A stretch of 64,000 nucleotides of DNA from an uncultured Eubacteriales bacterium (GTDB taxonomy: Bacteria > Bacillota > Clostridia > Christensenellales > Aristaeellaceae), in contig CADBNW010000060.1 of the NCBI GenBank assembly GCA_902796025.1, positions 972 to 64,971 on the forward strand. The letters run 5' to 3'. The notes below the pieces were generated by a model, which ran no database searches, was not told where the DNA came from, and worked only from the letters and a program-made list of their open reading frames with translations. Position 1 is the stretch's first letter. The number at the start of each line of letters is the position of its first letter. Below are positions 18,483 to 28,601 of this stretch, one piece after another. The position numbers and the translations under genes are program-made.

Positions 18483-20714
18483 TTACAGGCGCGCCGCTTC
18501 CCCGGTCAGAATTTCGATTTCTGCGTCTTTTGGACCCTTCACGACCGAAACACTCTTTTCGCCGCATACCCGCAGCGTCATCGCGCTTTCTCCGCCAGCC
18601 GAGGGGATGTCCACCTGAACCTCCGCGCCCTCCGCCATTTCATACAGCGCAAGCTTCAGCCCCTTCGTGTAGTCGTAGTCGGGCCGGTCGTCCCTTGCGC
18701 CGATTGGCAAAACGGTGCCGGGCCGCACCCACAGGGGCAGCGACATAAAGTCGTATTTTTCCGTGATCCACCTTCCGCCCGTCATTTTGCGCCCATCCAG
18801 CAGATGCGTCCACACGCCGTCCGGCAGATAGTAGGTCACCTGCCCGTCCTCGCGGAACACCGGCGCGACCAACAGCCTGTCGCCAAGCATGTACTGTCTG
18901 TCCAGCGTCTCGCAGGCAGGATCCCCGGCAAACTCCATAAACATCGGGCGCAGAAGCGGCGTGCCCTTCGTATGCGCCTCCACGGCCTTTTGGTAGATGT
19001 AGGGCATCAGGCGGCACTTTAAGCGCACAAAGCGGCGCAATACGTCCACGGCCTCCTCGTCAAACAGCCACGGCACCCTGAAGGAGGAGGAGCCGTGCAG
19101 GCGGCTGTGGCTGGAGAGCAGCCCAAACTGGCACCAGCGCTTGTAGATATGCGCGGGAGCGGTGGATTCAAAGCCGGAAATGTCGTGGCTCCAAAATCCA
19201 AAGCCGCTTGCGGAGAGACTGAGCCCCGCCCGCAGCGTTTCCGCCATGGAGACGTAGGCGGCGGAGTTGTCGCCGCCCCAGTGGCAGGGGAACTTCTGGC
19301 TGCCGGCGGTGCCGCTTCGGGCAAAGAGGACGGCGTTGCCCTTTCCCTTTTCGCGCTCAAGCAGCTCGAACACGCACTTATTGTACAAATAAGAATAATA
19401 ATTATGCATCCGCATGGGATCGCTGCCGTCAAAGTACTTGACGCCCTTTACCGGGATGCGCTCGCCAAAGTCGGTCTTGATGCAGTCCACGCCGTCGTCC
19501 AGCAGCTTTTTCAGCTTTTGCTGATACCATTTCCAGGCCTCGGGATTGGTAAAATCGATGATGCCCATGCCCGCCTGCCAAAGGTCGGTCTGCCAGACGC
19601 CCCCGTCCGCCTTTTTGATAAGGTATCCCTTCGATACGCACTCCTCAAAGCACTCGCTGTTTTGCGCGATATAGGGATTGATCCACACACAGATCTTAAG
19701 CCCTCTTTCGTGGTAGCGCCGAAGCATCCCTTTGGGGTCTGGGAAGGTCTCCCTGTCCCAGGTAAAGTTTACCCACTTAAAGCCCTCCATCCAGAAGCAG
19801 TCGAAGTGGAACACGCTAAGGGGGATGTCCCTGTCCGCCATGCCCTGGATAAAGCCGCTCACGGTCTTTTCGTCGTAGTTCGTGGTAAAGCTGGTGCTGA
19901 GCCACAGCCCAAACGACCACTCCGGCGGCAGCGCGGGGCGGCCGGTCAGGCGGGTATAGCGTTCCAGCACGTCCTTGGGCTCCGGGCCCGCGATCACCAT
20001 ATAGCTCAAGTGCTCGCCCTTTACCGCGATCTGCACCTTCTCGCAGTTTTCGCTGCCGATCTCAAAGGCGGTGTCGCCCGTGTCGTCCACAAACACGCCG
20101 TAGCCCTTGCTGGACAGATACAGCGGCACGTTTTTGTACGCAAGCTCCGAGCAGGTGCCGCCGTCGCCGTTCCACATTTCCACGGTCTGGCCGTTTTTCG
20201 TAAACGCGCCAAAGCGCTCGCCAAGGCCGTAGATGTATTCGCCGACGTCCAGATCCAATTCCTCGCACATGTAGGAAACGCCGGTGTTTTTGTCCAGGAT
20301 GCGCGCGGCGGATTTTTCCCCGCTGCTCGTTAAGCGCTGTCCGCCCTGCATAAACTCAAGCCCCCACTGCCCGGGGCGCTTGCTCACGCGGCAGGTGAGC
20401 GCGCCGGAGGTGCAGTCGGCGTATTCCTCATTTTCGCTGATCTCAAGGCTGCGCTCCTCCTCGTTCAGCTCATACCTTGGATACTTTGCGCCGTCTCCCT
20501 TAAAGTGCCAAAGATCCACCCGGATGACGCCCTCCGATGGGGCAGAGATCCTTACGTTCAGCGCGGCGCTCAGGGTGCAGCCCCGGTTAAAGATCCTGCC
20601 CGAGGGCGCGATGAATTCAAGCCCCCCGTTTTTGCGCTCCAGCCCGTAGGCCTCCGCCGCGTAGATCGGATCCATGCCAGGCCTCAGCAGCCAGTGTCCC
20701 ATTCTGAATTTCAT
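18483..20714 (-). CDS. GH31 alpha-xylosidase/alpha-glucosidase (YicI-like)
   Basis: 743 aa. The N-terminus MKFRMGHWLLRPG is YicI-like. The nucleophile region is GVDCIKTDFGE, and CHWGGDN is present. Confidence 0.85.
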   Translation of the reverse strand: MKFRMGHWLLRPGMDPIYAAEAYGLERKNGGLEFIAPSGRIFNRGCTLSAALNVRISAPSEGVIRVDLWHFKGDGAKYPRYELNEEERSLEISENEEYADCTSGALTCRVSKRPGQWGLEFMQGGQRLTSSGEKSAARILDKNTGVSYMCEELDLDVGEYIYGLGERFGAFTKNGQTVEMWNGDGGTCSELAYKNVPLYLSSKGYGVFVDDTGDTAFEIGSENCEKVQIAVKGEHLSYMVIAGPEPKDVLERYTRLTGRPALPPEWSFGLWLSTSFTTNYDEKTVSGFIQGMADRDIPLSVFHFDCFWMEGFKWVNFTWDRETFPDPKGMLRRYHERGLKICVWINPYIAQNSECFEECVSKGYLIKKADGGVWQTDLWQAGMGIIDFTNPEAWKWYQQKLKKLLDDGVDCIKTDFGERIPVKGVKYFDGSDPMRMHNYYSYLYNKCVFELLEREKGKGNAVLFARSGTAGSQKFPCHWGGDNSAAYVSMAETLRAGLSLSASGFGFWSHDISGFESTAPAHIYKRWCQFGLLSSHSRLHGSSSFRVPWLFDEEAVDVLRRFVRLKCRLMPYIYQKAVEAHTKGTPLLRPMFMEFAGDPACETLDRQYMLGDRLLVAPVFREDGQVTYYLPDGVWTHLLDGRKMTGGRWITEKYDFMSLPLWVRPGTVLPIGARDDRPDYDYTKGLKLALYEMAEGAEVQVDIPSAGGESAMTLRVCGEKSVSVVKGPKDAEIEILTGEAARL

Positions 20715-20931
20715 ATAAACAGTCCTCCAGATCGCATTTCACTATGGCTTTTATTATATACAAAGCCCTCATTTTTTCAAGGGGCGGCACAGTAAAACCT
20801 TTTGCCCGCTAAAGTGTCTGCGCAAATCAAAAATTGCACATGCAAAATGCTCCGACCCCTATAGATTATTTCTCCCAAAAGATGTATAATATACTAAGGG
20901 TAATTATCATCTTCATTTCCAAGGAGGAGTA

Positions 20932-21432
20932 ATGCCAGTTCATCCCTTTGCTCCGGTGTACACGCCTGCGTCCCGCGCGCTGATCCTGGGCAGCTTTCCC
21001 TCGGTCAGGTCGCGCCAGCAGAATTTTTACTACGGCCACGAGCGCAACCGCTTCTGGCCGGTGCTGTGCAGCATACTGAACGCGGACGCGCCTCAAAGCA
21101 CCCAGCAAAAATGCGATCTTCTAAACAGCCATCATATCGCCCTGTGGGACGTGGTCGGCCAGTGCACCATCCACGCATCCTCCGACAGCAGCATCCGAAA
21201 CTGCGTCCCAAACGACGTAAGCTGGCTGCTTTCCAAAACCCAGATCACAAGCATCTTTACAAACGGCCAGACCGCGCACAGGCTGTATGCAAAATACCTT
21301 TACCCCGTCACCCGCATCCCCGATATCTGCCTGCCCTCCACAAGTCCCGCAAACGCCAGATGGAGCCTTAGCGCCCTTTTGACCCCCTGGCGTCAGGTGG
21401 CCCTTGCCGCGGAAAGCGAGGCGGGCCTATGA
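20932..21432 (+). CDS. Uracil-DNA glycosylase superfamily protein (hypoxanthine/deoxyinosine glycosylase-like)
   Basis: 166 aa. ALILGSFPSVRSRQQNFYYGHERNRFWPVL is the family-6 UDG-like motif. A strong AAGGAGGAG RBS precedes it. Confidence 0.7.
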   Translation: MPVHPFAPVYTPASRALILGSFPSVRSRQQNFYYGHERNRFWPVLCSILNADAPQSTQQKCDLLNSHHIALWDVVGQCTIHASSDSSIRNCVPNDVSWLLSKTQITSIFTNGQTAHRLYAKYLYPVTRIPDICLPSTSPANARWSLSALLTPWRQVALAAESEAGL

Positions 21433-22889
21433 AAAAAAGTCTTTGCGCCATCGTCCTGCTTGCGCTGCTTCTTTTACTGCTCCTGCCCCGTCCCGCAAAG
21501 GCGGAATACATAAACCCCGCCTCCCGCATCAGCTTTTACTATCAGCACGACGGCGGCGCGCGCAGCGTCGAGGGCAAATGGGACAGGCTCCTTGCGGACA
21601 GACTTATGGCCCTTTGCGGCCACAGCAGCGTCTACCCCTACACCGACCAGTATCTGACCGGTCGGGGCTGCTGCCTGTTTACCTTTTCGCACGCCTGGCA
21701 GTTCCTTTTGGGCTACGCCTCCGGCGACGCGGCAAAGAGCGACATCCTCTACCGCTACCTTTCGCAAAAGCCGGTCTGGAGCAACACCGGCTCCACCCTT
21801 TCGCCGCCAAACGCCGCCAGCTACTACGCCTCCTATCTCAAAAAGCAAAGCGGCGTCACGCAATACACGGGCAGCCTTTCCACCTACAAGCTGCTCAGCG
21901 CCTTTTTGTCCGGCGGGCAAAGCTGCGTGATCGTAAACGCCCCGGGGCATTACATCCTTGCTACCGGCTGCACGGTGTACCAGGGGGTACAGTACGTGCA
22001 GGTGGTGGATTCCATCCTCTCCGCGACCGTCCAAAGCGGCCGCCTGAGCAGGGGCATGTCCTACGATTTTTCCTATGCCATCACCCCCGCAAACGCCGGA
22101 CAGTTGCAGGCCGCCGTGCACTGCTACTGGCTGCCCTACAGCGAATTTGCCTCCCGCTGCAAACTGAAGTACGCCTTCCGCCGCCAGGCGCAGGCCGCCC
22201 CCAGCGCGCAGATCAGTCAGTTTATCCTTGCCCCCGGGCAGAGCGCGCAGATCGAGCTTCTGAACGCGCCGGAGCAAATGCAGTACCAGTCCCTTGACGA
22301 AAGCATCTGCAGCGTAAGCGAGGACGGGATCATCCGCGCGCTTTCCCCTGGCAAGGCGCAGATCCTTTGCCTCTCCTCCCAAAGCAGCGCCCGAAACGTC
22401 ACCGTCGAAGTCTACTGCGCCCTCCTTCCCCCGCAGCAAACGCTGATCGCCGCGCCCGGCGAAGCGCTGCCAGATCCGGAGTACGAGGGAGAACTGCCCC
22501 CGGACGTCCGATTCAGCTTCAGCCTCTCCCCGCAGCAGACCGGCGCATACGAGTGCGAGATCTATGTAAGCGACAGCCGCGGAAACGTCTGGCTGAGCGC
22601 CCCGGCCCTTGCCGTGGTGCTGGATCCGCAGCGCCTCATTCTGATCCCCCCGGGCGTAAGCGTGATCGAAGAAAGCGCCTTCGAAGGCACAGACGCCTGC
22701 GCGCTTGCGCTGCCCGAAAGCGTTCAAGTCGTCCAGGCAGGCGCGTTCAGCGATGCCAGTCTCAATGTCGTCTTTATAGAAAGCGCCTCTACCCGCATCG
22801 ACGAAACAGCCTTCGACTCAGACGTCGTCCTTTGCTATGATTATGCCGCCTTTGGGCGCTGGCTGTCGGCCCGCGCCCAGGGCGACTGA
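21429..22889 (+). CDS. Secreted protein: putative papain-fold (C39-like) Cys-peptidase domain + Big_2 + BspA-type LRR
   Basis: The signal peptide is MKKSLCAIVLLALLLLLLLPRPAKA. Candidate Cys (GRGCCLFTFSHAW), His (NAPGHYILATG) and Asp (VQVVDS) are present. The Big_2 segment is SLDESICSVSEDGIIRALSPGKAQILC. The LRR is IPPGVSVIEESAFEG...LPESVQVVQAGAF. The ATG overlaps the upstream TGA. Confidence 0.55.
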   Translation: MKKSLCAIVLLALLLLLLLPRPAKAEYINPASRISFYYQHDGGARSVEGKWDRLLADRLMALCGHSSVYPYTDQYLTGRGCCLFTFSHAWQFLLGYASGDAAKSDILYRYLSQKPVWSNTGSTLSPPNAASYYASYLKKQSGVTQYTGSLSTYKLLSAFLSGGQSCVIVNAPGHYILATGCTVYQGVQYVQVVDSILSATVQSGRLSRGMSYDFSYAITPANAGQLQAAVHCYWLPYSEFASRCKLKYAFRRQAQAAPSAQISQFILAPGQSAQIELLNAPEQMQYQSLDESICSVSEDGIIRALSPGKAQILCLSSQSSARNVTVEVYCALLPPQQTLIAAPGEALPDPEYEGELPPDVRFSFSLSPQQTGAYECEIYVSDSRGNVWLSAPALAVVLDPQRLILIPPGVSVIEESAFEGTDACALALPESVQVVQAGAFSDASLNVVFIESASTRIDETAFDSDVVLCYDYAAFGRWLSARAQGD

Positions 22890-22910
22890 TTCTTAAAGGA
22901 GGTACCTGTC

Positions 22911-25439
22911 ATGAAAACGCGAACCCTGCTGTGCCTGCTGCTTGTAAGCGCATTGCTGTTTGGCTGCGCGCAGGCGGCAAATGAGAGCCACATCATCCCC
23001 TACCTTGGCGCCTATGACGCCCAAAGCTATCCCCCGCGCGAGATCAGCGCCGTTTTCACTGATGAAGCGCCCATCGCGGTAGACGGGCAAAAGGGTGCCG
23101 CCTACGGCGAAGGCTACGCTTTTGGCAGCAAAGACCAGGCGCACGGAACGCTCTACACCGCCTGGACCGGCCCTGTGCTGTATCTCTTTATCGAGGTAAA
23201 CGACCCCACCCTGACCGCGGGCGAAGCGGAGCCCGACGCGCTGATGGGCAATCCCGCCTGTCCCGCCCAGACCGACAGCGTGACCATCGGCATCGACCTT
23301 TACAACGACAAGGTGGTCTACGAAACCGACACCATCGGCACCTTCAACATCGACTGTCTTGGGCAATTGCACTTTTTCCGCAACGGCTCCATTCCCTCCC
23401 TGGGCTCCGTCATGGCAGACCCGATCCACCCGGAATATCAGAACCGCATCCTTGAATACGCGGCGGTCGCCCCGGGCAATTCCTCCTACTTTGTCGAGGT
23501 CGCGATCGATGTCGAGGGCCTTTCCCTCGATAATGGCAGCGTCATGGGCGTGGAGGTCCAGATCAACGACGTCGTTCCCTACAGCGCCGTTCCCGCCGCC
23601 GAGGGCGAGACCGTGCCCGAGGGCGCGACCGCGCGCGTGCTGAACCGCGCGTTTTTGAGCCATCAGCAAATGGAGCTCTACAGCGCCCTAAACGATTCCT
23701 CCCCCAACTGCACCGACTGGGCCAACCTCAGCTTCACCGGAAAGCCCGAGGGCGCTCAGGGCGCGTTCAGCACCTGGCGCATCGATAATACCCTGCGCTA
23801 TCTCGATTCCATCTCCTTCCCCAAGGACGTCTACACCCCTGAAAGCCAGGCGGCGCTGAACGAAGCGCGCGCTGCGGCTGAAAAGGCCCTTACCGAGGCA
23901 AACGGCGACATGGCAAAGGTCACCGCGGCTGCCGATCAGCTGGACGCGGCGATCACCGCCCTTCGCTGGGCAGACACCCGCTATCCGGACCCGGACGAGC
24001 TTCCTGACTGCATGACGCTTCCCAATCCCTATCAGTTCTTCCAAAGCGAGCGCATGGTAAAAACCTCCGAGGACTGGCAGGAGCGCCGCGCGGAGATTTT
24101 GGACCTTGCCCAGTTCTACGAGTACGGCTATAAGCCCCAAGCACCGGAGAAGGCCGAGATCGTAAACATCACTCACTACAACATCGGCGACAGCTACACC
24201 ACCCTCCTTTGGGGCTTTTGGGAGTGGACGGTCACCATGACCAACCCCACCGATATCGTGACCCTCGCCATCACCGATAACGGCGTCACCGCTCAGCTCG
24301 AGTTCACCGTCTATCTTCCCACCGAAGAGCAGCTGATCGCTTCCGGACACACCGAGGGCAAAGTTCCCGTGGTGCTGAGCTTTGACGGCTCTAACGACGC
24401 GTATCTGAACGCTGGCATCGCGGTCGTTCAGGTCCCCGCCGGTTCCGCGGGCGACGGCCGCTCCAACGAATACGCCTGGGGCACAAGAAGCGGCGCTTTC
24501 TACGAGCTCTATCCCTACAGCAGAAACGGCGAAGGCGCGCTCAAGGAGGTCTCCAGCGAAATGGCAGCCGCCTGGGCGGCAAGCCACGTGATCGACGCGC
24601 TGGAAACCATGGATCAGTGCACCCTTGAATATGCGGACGAGATCTCAGGCCTCCTCGACCCCACGAAGCTTGCGGTCACCGGCTTTTCCATCAACGGCAA
24701 ATACGCCTTCGTCGCTGCGGTCTTTGACGAGCGCATCGGCATCTGCATCCCCGGCGCGGCGGGCGCAAGCGGCCCCTCCCCGTGGAGATACGTCTATACC
24801 GGCCACGTGTACGACTGGACCGGCACGCCCTTTGCTCCCGCAGAGGGCTCGGCCAGCTCCCCCGTGCAGACGGCCTTCGGCACCGAGGTCATGGCAAACA
24901 GCATCCGCCACAACCGCGTGCGCGAAACCGAGCTGTTCCGCCAGTTCCTTACGCCCTTCAACTTCTATAAGCGCCTGCCCGGAGCCTACGGCTTTGGCAC
25001 GCGCCTGCCCTACGACCAAAACGACCTGATCGCCACCCTCGCGCCCCGCGCCATCGTGCTGGTGAACACCGTAAACGACTGCAACGACGGCAGCGAAGCG
25101 GACGCCCTGGGGCTTGAGGTCGCTTCGTCCGTCTACCGCGCGCTGGGTTACGACGCAGACGAGCTCGTTCGCTACAACTACCGCGGCGTGCAGGACGGCG
25201 AGCCTCACGGCACCGATCCCATCCAGTACCAGCGTAACGCCGAATACATCAATCACTACTTCCTGGGCGAGGCGCTAAGCGAGGAGACCGACCGTCACCT
25301 TTCCACCGATCCCTTCATGCTGAACATCTGCGACGGGCAGACCGCCACGCCCTTTGACCTCTACTACGGCGGCTTCAACACCATTACCGGCGGCAGCGCC
25401 GAAAAAGACGGCTGGTACTACTACAGCCTCGAAAAATAA
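22911..25439 (+). CDS. Lipoprotein with CBM9-like module and CE15 glucuronoyl-esterase-like domain
   Basis: The lipobox is LLFGC. The N-terminus YTAWTGPVLYLFIEVNDPT...MGVEVQINDV is CBM9-like. The middle section LPNPYQFFQSERMVKTSEDWQERRAEILDLAQFYEYGYKP matches the CE15 N-terminal pattern. The nucleophile motif is TGFSINGKYA (compare GCSRxGK). Confidence 0.6.
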   Translation: MKTRTLLCLLLVSALLFGCAQAANESHIIPYLGAYDAQSYPPREISAVFTDEAPIAVDGQKGAAYGEGYAFGSKDQAHGTLYTAWTGPVLYLFIEVNDPTLTAGEAEPDALMGNPACPAQTDSVTIGIDLYNDKVVYETDTIGTFNIDCLGQLHFFRNGSIPSLGSVMADPIHPEYQNRILEYAAVAPGNSSYFVEVAIDVEGLSLDNGSVMGVEVQINDVVPYSAVPAAEGETVPEGATARVLNRAFLSHQQMELYSALNDSSPNCTDWANLSFTGKPEGAQGAFSTWRIDNTLRYLDSISFPKDVYTPESQAALNEARAAAEKALTEANGDMAKVTAAADQLDAAITALRWADTRYPDPDELPDCMTLPNPYQFFQSERMVKTSEDWQERRAEILDLAQFYEYGYKPQAPEKAEIVNITHYNIGDSYTTLLWGFWEWTVTMTNPTDIVTLAITDNGVTAQLEFTVYLPTEEQLIASGHTEGKVPVVLSFDGSNDAYLNAGIAVVQVPAGSAGDGRSNEYAWGTRSGAFYELYPYSRNGEGALKEVSSEMAAAWAASHVIDALETMDQCTLEYADEISGLLDPTKLAVTGFSINGKYAFVAAVFDERIGICIPGAAGASGPSPWRYVYTGHVYDWTGTPFAPAEGSASSPVQTAFGTEVMANSIRHNRVRETELFRQFLTPFNFYKRLPGAYGFGTRLPYDQNDLIATLAPRAIVLVNTVNDCNDGSEADALGLEVASSVYRALGYDADELVRYNYRGVQDGEPHGTDPIQYQRNAEYINHYFLGEALSEETDRHLSTDPFMLNICDGQTATPFDLYYGGFNTITGGSAEKDGWYYYSLEK

Positions 25440-25518
25440 CCCGTAACATATCCCACAAGGCCGCGCGGAGCGCCCCTTCGCGCGGCCTTCCCCAAAAAAG
25501 CAAAAAAGAGGTGAATCC

Positions 25519-28500
25519 ATGCTCTACCCCAAAAACCGGAAGTCCTTCGATTTAGACCTGTTCCAGTCCCCCACCTCAGAATACCGGGGCGTGCCCTTCT
25601 GGGCCTGGAACTGCCGCGTGACCCCGGACAAGATCCGCCGACAGACCGAGTGTTTCCGGCAAATGGGCATGGGCGGAGCCATGCTGCACCCAAGAACGGG
25701 CATGGACACCGAGTATTTGAGCAGCGAATACTTTGATCTTGTGCGCAAGGCCGAGGAGGAGCTGCGCGCCCGGGGCATGTACTGCTGGCTCTACGACGAG
25801 GAGCGCTTTCCCTCGGGCGTCGCTGGCGGCATCGTGACAAGAAATGTGCGCTTTCGCGCCCGCACGCTCCTTTTGACTACCAAGCCCCAGCAGGGCTTCT
25901 GCGCAGATTTAAATGAGTTTGACCGCCGGGTTAGCGCCGGAGAAAAGCCGCGCGGCTATTTCCTCTGCGCTTACGATATCGAGCTCAAAAACGGATATTT
26001 GAGCAGCTATCGCCAGGATCCCGCCGGGGCTTACCGGGCCTACGTCGAATTGTGGCCGGAGAGCCCCTGGTTCAACGGTGAAAGCTATGTGGACGTGTTC
26101 AGCCCCCAGGCGATCGACCGCTTTTTGGAGGTCACCCACGCCGCCTATGCAAGGGCGCTCGAAGGGCACGTCGGCAAAACGGTGCCCGCGATCTTTACGG
26201 ACGAGCCGCACATGAAGGGCAAATACTGCATGCCCACCCCGGACGCCGAGCGCGCGACGCTGGTCTTCACCGAGGAGCTGAACGCATCCTTCCATGCGCA
26301 GTGGGGCGTTTTCATCACCGACATCCTGCCGGAGCTTTTGTGGGAGCAAAAGGATCTGCCCTCCGCGTGGCGCTACCGCTATCACGAGCACGTAACGGAG
26401 CGCTTCAGCGCCAACTACGGCGACCGCATCGGCGCCTGGTGCGAAGATCATCACATCGCCTACACCGGGCACTTCCTGTCCGAGCGCACCCTCTATTCCC
26501 AGACCCTCGCCCTTGGCGAAACCATGCGGCAATACCGCTCCCAGCAGCTGCCGGGCATCGACATCCTGGCCGGGCAGCTTGAGATCACCACCGCAAAGCA
26601 GGCGGAGTCCGTGCGCAGGCAGCTTGGCCGCGAGGGGCTGGTCTGCGAGATGTACGGCGTTTTGGAGTGGGACGTGCGCTTTTTGCAGCACAAGCTGCAG
26701 GGCGACTGGCTGGCGGCGCTTGGCGTCACCACGAGGGTGCACCATCTGGCCTTCATGTCCATGGCGGGCGAGGCCAAGAGGGACTGGCCTGCCTCCATCG
26801 CCTGGCAAAGCCCCTGGTGGACACAGTATAACGAGCTGGAAAGCTACTTTGCAAGAGTCAACACCCTCCTTACCCGCGGCACGCCCATTTCGCGCGTGGC
26901 GGTAGTGCATCCCATCGAATCCTTCTGGCTGCGCTTTGGCCCCTCCTCGCAGACCCTCGAGGCGCGGGAGCAGATGGACGAGCAGTTTGAGTCTCTGGCC
27001 CAGTGGCTTTTGTACGGGCTGATCGACTTTGACTACATTTCCGAAAGCCTGCTGCCCACCCAGTGCGAGGAAGGCGGCGCTCCCCTTTGCGTTGGATATT
27101 GCAAATACGATACCGTCATCCTTCCTCCGCTTCTCACCATCCGCTCAAGCACCCTAAAGCGCCTTACGGCCTTTGCGCAAAACGGCGGAAGACTGCTTTC
27201 CCTCTCCGACGCGCCGCGCCTTGTGGACGGGCTTCCTTCAAACGAGGCCGAGGGGCTTTGGCGTTTGACGCAGCGCGTCGGCATGGCAAGAAGCGACCTA
27301 TTGAACGCGCTTCAAGGCGAGCGGGACATCGAGGTGCGCTATAAATCCAGCGGCAAGCGCTCGGACAATCTGTTTTACCAGCTGCGCCAGGACGAAAACG
27401 AGCGCACGCTGTTCCTTTGCCACGTGCGCGAGGTGCCGGGCGAACAAATGGAAAGCTACGCTGTCCGCCTGCGCGGGAACTGGAACCTTATCTGCATGGA
27501 CGCGCAAAGCGGCAAAAGCGCTCCCCTTGGCGCGCTTCAAAGGGACGGCTGGACGGAATTTACCTGGGATTGCTATGCGCAGGACAGCCTGCTATTGCGC
27601 CTGACGCCCGGCGCTTGCGCCGCGCCCGCTGTTACAAAGAAAAGGCTTACGCCCCTTTTCAGCTTTACCGAAGCGGACAGCTTTACCATGGACGAACCAA
27701 ACGCCCTGCTGATCGACCGCTTTGAGTATGCGCTGAACGATGAGCCGCTTGAAAAGCCCTGCGAGATCCTGCGCCTTGACAACCTGCTAAGAGCCCGCGT
27801 GGGCCTGCCCGTCCGAAACGGCGATCAGGTGCAGCCCTGGCTTTTAAAGCCCGAGGCCCCCTGCGGCACGATCCATCTAAGGGCGCGCTTTCAAAGCGAG
27901 ATCGACTATAACGGCGCGCTGCTTGCCATGGAACAGCCAGAAAATGCCCGCGCCTTCTTAAACGGCGAGGCGATTTCCACGCAGCCCACAGGCTTCTACG
28001 TGGACGAGGATATCGAGACCTTGCGCCTTCCCCCGATCAGAAAGGGCGAAAACGCGCTGGAGCTCTTCATTCCCCTTACCCGCCGTGCAAATCCGGAAGC
28101 CGTCTACATTCTTGGCTCCTTTGGCGTTTGCGCCACGGGCACGGGCGCTTCCATCGTTCCCCCGCCCAAGGCGCTTGCGCTCTACGACGTAACGCGGCAG
28201 GGTCTTCCTTTCTATACCGGGAACCTGCGCTACCGCTTTACCTTTGACCTACAACAGGACGTCCCCTCCGCACGCGTGCGCCTTCCCCACCTGACCGCGC
28301 CCTGCGCCCGCGCCTTCATCGACCAAAAGGACGCCGGCCTCATCGCCTGCGCGCCCTTTGAAGCGGCGCTTGGCGCGCTCAAAAAGGGCGCGCACACCCT
28401 TGAGATCCTCGCCTTCGGCAGCCGCTACAACGGCTTTGGCACCCTGCACTGCGCCGATCCCAATTACAAATGGTACGGCCCCATAGCCTACCGCACCGAG

Positions 28501-28590
28501 GGCTGGCAGTGGACGGACAACCGCATCCTGCGCGCCGGACATCTGACGCAGCCCATCTGGATCATCGAAGAAACTATTCTAAATACCTGA
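25519..28590 (+). CDS. Large glycoside hydrolase, family uncertain (GH106-like pattern)
   Basis: 1023 aa. The N-terminus RGVPFWAWNCRVTPDKIRRQTECFRQMGMGGAMLHPRTG...YCWLYDEERFPSG recalls rhamnosidase-type families. This assignment is from memory only. Confidence 0.4.
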   Translation: MLYPKNRKSFDLDLFQSPTSEYRGVPFWAWNCRVTPDKIRRQTECFRQMGMGGAMLHPRTGMDTEYLSSEYFDLVRKAEEELRARGMYCWLYDEERFPSGVAGGIVTRNVRFRARTLLLTTKPQQGFCADLNEFDRRVSAGEKPRGYFLCAYDIELKNGYLSSYRQDPAGAYRAYVELWPESPWFNGESYVDVFSPQAIDRFLEVTHAAYARALEGHVGKTVPAIFTDEPHMKGKYCMPTPDAERATLVFTEELNASFHAQWGVFITDILPELLWEQKDLPSAWRYRYHEHVTERFSANYGDRIGAWCEDHHIAYTGHFLSERTLYSQTLALGETMRQYRSQQLPGIDILAGQLEITTAKQAESVRRQLGREGLVCEMYGVLEWDVRFLQHKLQGDWLAALGVTTRVHHLAFMSMAGEAKRDWPASIAWQSPWWTQYNELESYFARVNTLLTRGTPISRVAVVHPIESFWLRFGPSSQTLEAREQMDEQFESLAQWLLYGLIDFDYISESLLPTQCEEGGAPLCVGYCKYDTVILPPLLTIRSSTLKRLTAFAQNGGRLLSLSDAPRLVDGLPSNEAEGLWRLTQRVGMARSDLLNALQGERDIEVRYKSSGKRSDNLFYQLRQDENERTLFLCHVREVPGEQMESYAVRLRGNWNLICMDAQSGKSAPLGALQRDGWTEFTWDCYAQDSLLLRLTPGACAAPAVTKKRLTPLFSFTEADSFTMDEPNALLIDRFEYALNDEPLEKPCEILRLDNLLRARVGLPVRNGDQVQPWLLKPEAPCGTIHLRARFQSEIDYNGALLAMEQPENARAFLNGEAISTQPTGFYVDEDIETLRLPPIRKGENALELFIPLTRRANPEAVYILGSFGVCATGTGASIVPPPKALALYDVTRQGLPFYTGNLRYRFTFDLQQDVPSARVRLPHLTAPCARAFIDQKDAGLIACAPFEAALGALKKGAHTLEILAFGSRYNGFGTLHCADPNYKWYGPIAYRTEGWQWTDNRILRAGHLTQPIWIIEETILNT

Positions 28591-28601
28591 GAGGCAATGC
28601 T

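Noticed and set aside
28470-28601. 5' extension of the CE2-like esterase ORF.
   Set aside because: It overlaps the last 120 nt of the upstream hydrolase and is Arg/His/Pro-rich. An ATG with an RBS at 28602 gives a normal N-terminus.
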